Below are positions 19,066 through 24,000 of a stretch of DNA of 24,000 nucleotides, one piece after another. Origin of the DNA: Chromatiales bacterium. GTDB taxonomy: Bacteria; Pseudomonadota; Gammaproteobacteria; Steroidobacterales; GCA-2729495. The DNA is taken from assembly GCA_002729495.1 (NCBI GenBank), contig PBYE01000061.1, positions 2,629 through 26,628 of the forward strand. Direction: 5' to 3'. How positions within the stretch are numbered: the first letter of the stretch is position 1; each line of letters opens with the position of its first letter. A program made the translations under genes and the position numbers. Under the pieces are notes generated by a model. That model was not told the DNA's origin and did not search any database. It saw only the letters and a program-made list of their open reading frames with translations.

Positions 19066-19141
19066 GCCGGAATAGCTCAGGTGGTAGAGCATCTCATTCG
19101 TAATGAGGAGGTCGGTGGTTCGAGTCCACTTTCCGGCACCA
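19066..19141 (+). tRNA. tRNA-Thr (anticodon CGU)
   Basis: A manual cloverleaf fold works: acceptor GCCGGAA/TTCCGGC, D stem GCTC/GAGC, anticodon stem TCTCA/TGAGG with loop TT-CGT-AA, T arm GGTGG-TTCGAGT-CCACT, discriminator A, and an encoded CCA. Confidence 0.93.
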
Positions 19142-19157
19142 AAGTTATTGAGAAGTA

Positions 19158-19354
19158 CGGCTGTGGCCCTAGCGGAGCTGGGGCCAGGGCCGACTTCGAA
19201 AAACTTTAAGGACTTGGCAGCCGTAGCTGGCTATATCTAAAGCACTCAGATCGCACTTTTCACCAGATTCGGTAGGGCTATGGCCCAAGCATTGCTTGGG
19301 TCGGGACCCTAGTTTGAAAAATTTTAAGGACTTGGCAGCCCGTCTTGGCTATTC
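19158..19354 (+). repeat. Two direct copies of about 80 bp, spaced about 117 bp apart, of a hairpin-containing element just downstream of tRNA-Thr
   Basis: Copy 1 spans 19158-19236 and copy 2 spans 19275-19354. They share GGCT(G/A)TGGCCC, a hairpin (19167-19183 CCCTAGC-GGA-GCTGGGG; 19284-19300 CCCAAGC-ATT-GCTTGGG) and a near-identical block GAAAAA(C/T)TTTAAGGACTTGGCAGCC. Confidence 0.65.
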
Positions 19355-19660
19355 CTGATTGGTTCAAACACACTTCTCCCAAGCTTTCAGAATGGACACG
19401 GAATATGTTTCCTGCAGCACCCATCCTAACCCCTTGATTCTTGGCCGATACCCCATTTTTCTCACCCATATGAATGATTCTAAGTGCTTGCTGCACTTGC
19501 TAAGTTGTGTTCATGCAAACGGTGCTGCGCCTTTGGAGTTCAGTCGCAGCAGCCAGGAGTGAAATGTGAGATTCGCTCCCTGACCGGATGCAACGAGTGC
19601 AGTCGGGTCCATGACCTGAATCTTAGAGGGAAATTCTTCCTATATTGAATTTCCTCCTTT

Positions 19661-19686
19661 GCCCGCTTACCCGCGGGCATTTTTTT
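19661..19686 (+). terminator. Rho-independent terminator closing the non-coding tract
   Basis: GCCCGC-TTACCC-GCGGGC followed by A + TTTTTTT. A second hairpin precedes it (GGAAATT...AATTTCC, about 19626-19657). Confidence 0.75.
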
Positions 19687-19787
19687 GCCTGATGGATGGG
19701 GCGGACGCCCCGATTGACCTTTAGTCAGGCCTCTTCCAGACTCGAGTCGGATTCAGGCATACGAGTTTGTATACGGAGGAATGCGTC

Positions 19788-20708
19788 ATGCGCCAGAAAA
19801 TGCGCAAGAATAATAACAATCGGGCAGTGATTACCGCAGGCCTGGCAGCCTTGGCGCTGGCCTTCCTGGCGACGTCCGTCTATGCGGGCGCTCACGAAGG
19901 GAGTGCGGGCACGCTGGGCAAGGAAGATCGCGTCATGCTCAGTACCTTCATGGAAGATTTCGTTACCGGGATGGATGCGAAGTACTTCGGGCGTGTTGAG
20001 CAGATGAACGGCGGCATCGAATTCGAAGACCGCTTTGTCGAAGGCGAATACGGAGATTACAAACTCAGGGTTGCCCGCGGCGAGATCATGGAAAAGGCCG
20101 GTCGCATGAACACGATCGGCAGGATAAATACAAGGGGCGAAGGCGTGCTGACCTGGGGCAAGTTCTATTCCCTCGATATGCATCCGAAGACCCCGCTGGT
20201 CGGCATGTTGCATGCAACGATTGTGTTGCAGATGTTCGAAGACGGCTCGGTGGCCACGGGAGGCTGGCTGGGCGTTATGCCGGGTGCGAAAGTCGAAGAA
20301 GACCTGGCGTTACTGAAAAAGCTGACTGATGACTATTTTGCAGCGCACGACAAGGACCCGGCGCTCTACCGGCGACTCATTTGCAAAGGCACCGAAGACA
20401 CGATTGCGGAGTTCAGGCGCAAGCCGGCCTGTTCGGGCGTGAGTTTTTACGGTCCGCCGGTTTACAGGGGTGACCCCGAAGCATCCATAAAGTTTATTGC
20501 CGGGCTGTTTGACGAGTTCGTGGACGCGTACATAGACATTACCGAAAAACGTTCCACCGAAGGTTTTACCGAGGCTGATCTTGCCGCCCAGGAAAAAATG
20601 CGGCGTAACTGGTTAATTGACCAATTGTTTTCAGATCCGTACGCTAAGGCAATCGTGCCTTTCGACGTCTGGAGTTTCGCGAACGTCCCGCCGGTGATTA
20701 AGTTCTGA
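19788..20708 (+). CDS. Exported, divergent coproporphyrinogen III oxidase (HemF)-fold protein
   Basis: The ATG at 19788 has a GGAGGA Shine-Dalgarno. The signal peptide is MRQKMRKNNNNRAVITAGLAALALAFLATSVYA|G. The body is colinear with E. coli HemF: EKAG...N, SLDMHPKTPLVGMLHA (vs SLVVHPHNPYVPTSHA), GGW.G (vs GGGFDLTP), FVDAYIDITEKR (vs YTDAYLPIVERR), EKMRRNWLIDQL (vs LYRRGRYVEFNL), VPPVIKF (vs MPPLVRW). Several canonical catalytic-segment residues are replaced. Confidence 0.65.
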   Translation: MRQKMRKNNNNRAVITAGLAALALAFLATSVYAGAHEGSAGTLGKEDRVMLSTFMEDFVTGMDAKYFGRVEQMNGGIEFEDRFVEGEYGDYKLRVARGEIMEKAGRMNTIGRINTRGEGVLTWGKFYSLDMHPKTPLVGMLHATIVLQMFEDGSVATGGWLGVMPGAKVEEDLALLKKLTDDYFAAHDKDPALYRRLICKGTEDTIAEFRRKPACSGVSFYGPPVYRGDPEASIKFIAGLFDEFVDAYIDITEKRSTEGFTEADLAAQEKMRRNWLIDQLFSDPYAKAIVPFDVWSFANVPPVIKF

Positions 20709-20724
20709 CCTGGCACATCGGCGC

Positions 20725-21351
20725 ATGACAAGAATCCGCCGCCATCTCGGGTTGCTGGTTGCGTCGCTGGTTGCGCTGACGGTCGGTGCATGGCTGGCGC
20801 CTTATGTGACAGCCTGGGAGCGCGTCAGCGTCGTATCTGCCTGGCTGTGCCTGGGATTTCTGGCCTCGGCTTTGCTCATCGGCCCCCTGCAGCGCATTCG
20901 TGGCGATGATCCGCCGCTCAATATTTACCTGCGGCGCGACATAGGTATCTGGGCTGCCTTGCACGGGCTCCTGCATTTTTATGCCGGCAACGTGGTCGCG
21001 ATGAATTCTGTTTACGTGGCAGCCTTCGTGCGTACACCCACGCCGGAACTCCCGGTCACGATTCGCGACCCGTTGTTCTCGTTCGGTGCGACAGCGGGGC
21101 TGGTCATTGCCATTATATTTTTACTGCTGCTGGCGATTTCCTCCGATCGCGCGCTGCGCTGGCTGGGCCCCAAAAAATGGAAATGGCTGCAGCGCTCGGC
21201 GCATGCGTCATTGTGGCTGACGGTAACGCACGGTATCGCGTACCAGTTACTGGAAGCACGAATGCTGCCACTGCTGGCAACAGTTCTGCTGAGTATCTGG
21301 GTTATCGCGACACAAATCCGTGCCCGCCGGGCGGCGAAGCAATTAAACTGA
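20725..21351 (+). CDS. MsrQ/YedZ-like ferric-reductase-type transmembrane (haem b) protein
   Basis: 208 aa with about 5-6 TM segments. It has RRDIGIWAALHGLLHFYAG and SSDRALRWLGPKKWKWLQRSAHASLWLTVTHGIAY, colinear with E. coli MsrQ (RRLLGLWCFAWATLHLTSY; STQAMQRKLGKHWQQLH...PIHY). It starts 16 nt after the HemF-like gene. Confidence 0.65.
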   Translation: MTRIRRHLGLLVASLVALTVGAWLAPYVTAWERVSVVSAWLCLGFLASALLIGPLQRIRGDDPPLNIYLRRDIGIWAALHGLLHFYAGNVVAMNSVYVAAFVRTPTPELPVTIRDPLFSFGATAGLVIAIIFLLLLAISSDRALRWLGPKKWKWLQRSAHASLWLTVTHGIAYQLLEARMLPLLATVLLSIWVIATQIRARRAAKQLN

Positions 21352-21358
21352 ACGGCAA

Positions 21359-21715
21359 CTAATTCTTACGCTGAATCTGGCACTTTACCTGGTCGGCAAC
21401 GCAGTCGGCCAGCAGCTCTTTTTGTTCATCAGTGATGCCCGGTTCGGCATCGCTCTTACCGTAGGAAATCAGCGCCCGCACCTCGGCTGCGTTGGCCGTA
21501 AAGGGCAGTTCCCGGTCCGGGAAAACAGCATCTGTGACTTCATCCTCGAGCCAGATTTGGGCGTAAGGCAGGGACTCTTCGTCGTCTCCGCCGAGCGGTA
21601 TCTCGGTTGATACCGAGCCGCCGATGTTGCCGCCAAAGCCGCCAACGCCTATGTTCAGGCTCGAGCCGCTACAGGCGGCAAGCCCCAGGGCAAGCGTAAG
21701 AAGTGTGTATTTCAT
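21359..21715 (-). CDS. Small lipoprotein of unknown function
   Basis: 118 aa. MKYTLLTLALGLAAC|SGSS has a lipobox (LAAC), followed by a Gly-rich linker. The 270-aa ORF in the track is an out-of-frame extension across the upstream gene. Confidence 0.7.
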   Translation of the reverse strand: MKYTLLTLALGLAACSGSSLNIGVGGFGGNIGGSVSTEIPLGGDDEESLPYAQIWLEDEVTDAVFPDRELPFTANAAEVRALISYGKSDAEPGITDEQKELLADCVADQVKCQIQRKN

Positions 21716-21749
21716 GGCTAAACCTTTGCATTCCTGGGGAGGGTTTATT

Positions 21750-22211
21750 CTAACCGGCCGCCCGTTTTCCACGCCAGAAAATGATCGCGATAAAGCCCAT
21801 ATAAGAGACAAGCATGAACCAGAACTCGGAATACCCGAGCGTATCGACGCCGTAGCGCGCGATGTTCTCAAAACTGATGAATGTGACCGTGTACACAATC
21901 GCGCCGACCATCGCTCCGATCTGCCAGCCGACACTGCGGCCATGCCCCCTGACACACAAGGCGTACCACACCAACAGGAAATAGAGCGTATAGATTCTGA
22001 GTAGCGGCGACCAGAACTCCGCCTGCTGAAAATAGTGGTTGACCCAGAAGGCACCGGCACCGATGAAGTTGGCGAGCACGTAGCGCCATTCCTCCAGCGG
22101 CTGCCGTAATGCCTTTTCCCAGAACAGCACGAGGAAAATATAGGCAAGCCAGGTTCCGAAAACGAGTTCATAGAACTGAACTGTTCCCTCCCACGCAGGA
22201 TTGATAATCAT
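21750..22211 (-). CDS. Trp/aromatic-rich integral membrane protein (4-5 TM), function unknown
   Basis: 153 aa, hydrophobic with many W/Y/F residues. The coding-like frame is on the same strand as its flanking genes. Confidence 0.6.
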   Translation of the reverse strand: MIINPAWEGTVQFYELVFGTWLAYIFLVLFWEKALRQPLEEWRYVLANFIGAGAFWVNHYFQQAEFWSPLLRIYTLYFLLVWYALCVRGHGRSVGWQIGAMVGAIVYTVTFISFENIARYGVDTLGYSEFWFMLVSYMGFIAIIFWRGKRAAG

Positions 22212-22274
22212 GCAGTCTGCCTGTAGCTAACCTTGTCGCTATCTTACTTGATCGGGGGTCGGGCTGTGTAGGTG

Positions 22275-22636
22275 TTATTTTTTCCAGCCGCGCCGCAGGT
22301 TGCCGGTGTCATAAGGGTTGTGCTGGTCGTCGATTTCTTTTTCGGTGGCTTCACCGATCTGAATGGTCTTCAGTTTGCGCGTGTCATTCTCCGGATCCAG
22401 TTCCCAGCTATAGCTCTGGTAGGGATCGTCTTCCGGCGTGCCATCAGTTTCCAGCTGGATGGTGTCCAGCGAATCGTCCGGAAACGGGTTGGTTTCTTCA
22501 TCGCTGACCGGCAGCGACTCCGCTTGCTTCGCACGTTTTTTGGGCGCAGGCCTGTCCGCCTCGGGAGTGATAGCCCATTGCGGCGTTTCATCCTTATTCT
22601 TGCCCAGTAATGACTTGAGGAATTTTATTTTTTCAT
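22275..22636 (-). CDS. Small acidic protein (about 120 aa) that needs a -1 shift or 1-nt correction at ATG-AAA-AAA-TAA. It could be a frameshifted CDS, a recoding candidate or a pseudogene.
   Basis: The minus-strand frame is open from 22694 to the stop at 22275-22277. It encodes a natural-looking sequence (..KIKFLKSLLGKNKDETPQWAITPEADRPAPKKRAKQAESLPVSDEETNPFPDDSLDTIQLETDGTPEDDPYQSYSWELDPENDTRKLKTIQIGEATEKEIDDQHNPYDTGNLRRGWKK*) with GC-rich third positions. It contains no in-frame ATG, GTG or TTG. The ATG at 22636 is in the adjacent frame, followed by A6 and TAA. Confidence 0.45.
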
Positions 22637-22888
22637 GCCCTGAAAGTCGTCCGAAAAATGTAGCGCGCCGCGGGCGTTCCGGGTGTGCTTTAGCTCACAT
22701 ATGACGCAGTTGATCCATGTATAAGTCACTGATTTATAGTCCTTTTAGGCAATTTTTTGACGAGTGGCTCCAAAAGCCGGACGAACGGTAGCCCGGAGCG
22801 GGTGCATTTCGGGGCGCGTTGCTGCATGGTGTCCAACCAATAAACGGGCAATGTCCGGCCCGGTTTAGCCGCAAGGGGGCGTACAAGA

Positions 22889-23650
22889 ATGAAGATACTC
22901 GTGGTTTATGCTCACCCGGAAGCGAACTCCTACAACGGCACGCTGCTGGCGGCAACTCGTGAAACGTTGGCCGCCGAAGGCCACGAATTGGTTGTCAGTG
23001 ATCTGTACGCCCAGGGCTTTAACGCCGTCGCGGGTCCGCATGATGTGACGGGTCGTGCCGATAAAGACCGTTTCAGCCTGGGCGTTGAGCAGATGCATGC
23101 GGCACAGACGAACGGTTTCGCTGCCGACGTGCAGGCAGAACTCGACAAGCTGATGGCAGCCGACGTTCTGATACTGCAGTTCCCCATGTGGTGGTTCTCC
23201 ATGCCCGCAATAATGAAGGGTTGGATAGACCGCATCTTCGCGTGCGGGGTTGCGTACGAACACGGCCGAACCTGGAAAAAGGGGGTCTTTGCCGGCCGGC
23301 GCGCGATGATCGCTATAACAGTTAGTGCGCCTGCCGAAGCGTTCCTACCGGATGGCAAGAATGGCGACATGGAGCGTGTACTCTGGCCGGTTCATGCAGG
23401 CGTTCTCGGTTTGTGCGGATACTCCGTGCTGCCGCCGTTTGTCGCGCATGGCATACCTTTTTGCGGTGAAGAGGCCATGGCCGCACAACTGGAAACTTAC
23501 CGCGACCGCCTGCGCAGCCTCGAGTCAACCGAACCGTTGTTTTTCCATATGGGTGACGACCTCGACGAGCACCGGCTGCGGTCGGACGTCGAACCGCGGA
23601 CGCCGGGCCAGCACCGGGGGCCGAGGTACCACATGGCTGAACCGCACTGA
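22889..23650 (+). CDS. Flavodoxin-like fold NAD(P)H:quinone oxidoreductase (NQO1/MdaB/KefF-type, Flavodoxin_2 family)
   Basis: 253 aa. It has MKILVVYAHPEANSYNG...DVLILQFPMWWFSMPAIMKGWIDRIF, typical of the NAD(P)H dehydrogenase (quinone) family. Confidence 0.8.
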   Translation: MKILVVYAHPEANSYNGTLLAATRETLAAEGHELVVSDLYAQGFNAVAGPHDVTGRADKDRFSLGVEQMHAAQTNGFAADVQAELDKLMAADVLILQFPMWWFSMPAIMKGWIDRIFACGVAYEHGRTWKKGVFAGRRAMIAITVSAPAEAFLPDGKNGDMERVLWPVHAGVLGLCGYSVLPPFVAHGIPFCGEEAMAAQLETYRDRLRSLESTEPLFFHMGDDLDEHRLRSDVEPRTPGQHRGPRYHMAEPH

Positions 23651-23754
23651 ATAAGGGATTCACGCAGCGGATAGCGCTGCGCGAGCGGCCTTTCAGTTCC
23701 GTGCCGAGGTTAGAATCGGTGTTAGAGGAATAATAAGAATATGTGCTCAGAAAA

Positions 23755-24000
23755 ATGCGTTTAATAGTCGGAATCTCGGGCGCCAGTGGGGTCATTTACG
23801 GCATCCGCATGCTGGAAGTGTTGAAAGACCAACCGGATGTGGAAACACACGTGGTGATCAGCAACGGCGGCAAACTGAATATCGCAATCGAGACCGATTG
23901 GGATGTTAACGACGTCGAGGCACTTGCAGACGAAGTACACAGTGACCAGAACCTTGCTGCCACCATCGCAAGCGGCTCGTTCAAGACCGGCGGCATGGTC
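23755..24000 (+). CDS. ubiX: Flavin prenyltransferase UbiX, 5' part, truncated by the window end
   Basis: MRLIVGISGASGVIYGIRMLEVLKD...HVVISNGGKLNIAIET...ASGSFKTGGMV is the canonical UbiX/Pad1 N-terminus. The frame stays open to nt 24000. Confidence 0.85.
   Translation, partial: MRLIVGISGASGVIYGIRMLEVLKDQPDVETHVVISNGGKLNIAIETDWDVNDVEALADEVHSDQNLAATIASGSFKTGGMV

Noticed and set aside
19210-19352. Sigma-54 promoter-like TGGCAG...TTGGCT / CTGGCT inside both tRNA-adjacent repeats
   Set aside because: The GG-to-GC spacing is 12 nt (or 8) rather than the required 10, and the -12 TTGC element is not in register in either copy.
19278-19562. Small ORFs of 72 aa (minus) and 67 aa (plus) in the tRNA-adjacent tract
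   Set aside because: They have no Shine-Dalgarno and odd composition, and they overlap the repeat elements. The region behaves like non-coding DNA with lower GC and many hairpins. A micro-protein cannot be excluded without expression data.
21359-22171. 270-aa minus-strand ORF in the ORF track
   Set aside because: Its N-terminal part of about 150 aa is an out-of-frame read through the Trp-rich membrane protein gene and is Ser/Arg/Cys-rich nonsense. The real gene is the 118-aa lipoprotein starting at 21715.
21750-22211. Assignment of the Trp-rich membrane protein to the TspO/MBR (porphyrin-binding) family
   Set aside because: Only size, TM number and aromatic richness agree. I could not align it to the TspO sequence motifs I remember, so it stays 'unknown'.
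22272-22610. 112-aa plus-strand ORF, and the 73-aa minus-strand ORF at 22370-22591
   Set aside because: Both have shadow-like composition (R/L/V/F-rich, or Arg-rich). The third minus-strand frame gives a far more protein-like product with better third-position GC.
23663-23681. Hairpin CGCAGCG-GATAG-CGCTGCG after the NQO-like gene, considered as a terminator
   Set aside because: There is no T tract downstream. It could be a REP-like stem or a weak attenuator, but the evidence is insufficient to annotate it.

Overview
This window looks like the chromosome of a moderately GC-rich Gammaproteobacterium; that taxon is inferred only from gene order and protein sequences. The backbone matches, as I recall it, the P. 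aeruginosa PA4549-PA4569 neighbourhood: ispB / rplU-rpmA ... obg / rpsT / murJ-ribF-ileS-lspA, converging on a type IV minor-pilin operon (fimT-pilV-pilW-pilX-pilE). Several accessory patches interrupt this backbone.

1. A secreted S1/P1 nuclease sits between ispB and rplU.
2. About 4.9 kb is inserted between rpmA and obg. It carries a Tat-exported ferritin-like (2x ExxH) protein, a CPBP membrane protease, a TauD-family dioxygenase, a cysteine-dioxygenase-like cupin and an Lrp regulator. A 108-bp tandem structured repeat lies at its left edge.
3. An Irr-like Fur-family regulator is followed by tRNA-Thr(CGU), then about 545 bp of non-coding DNA with duplicated hairpin elements and a strong terminator. 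Next comes a signal-peptide-bearing, divergent HemF (coproporphyrinogen oxidase)-like protein, apparently translationally coupled to an MsrQ/YedZ-like haem-b membrane protein.
4. A three-gene minus-strand unit of unknown function follows. Its first gene is a clean 120-codon acidic ORF with no in-frame canonical start. It can only be reached from an ATG-AAA-AAA-TAA site by a -1 shift or a 1-nt homopolymer correction.
5. An NQO/MdaB-like flavoprotein and the 5' end of ubiX close the window.

I found no CRISPR array, integrase, transposase or obvious defence genes. My best candidate for an undescribed system is the Irr / exported HemF-like / MsrQ-like module. The second candidate is the iron-oxygenase island that splits rpmA from obg. 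All homology calls rest on motif and pattern recognition by eye; no searches were run.
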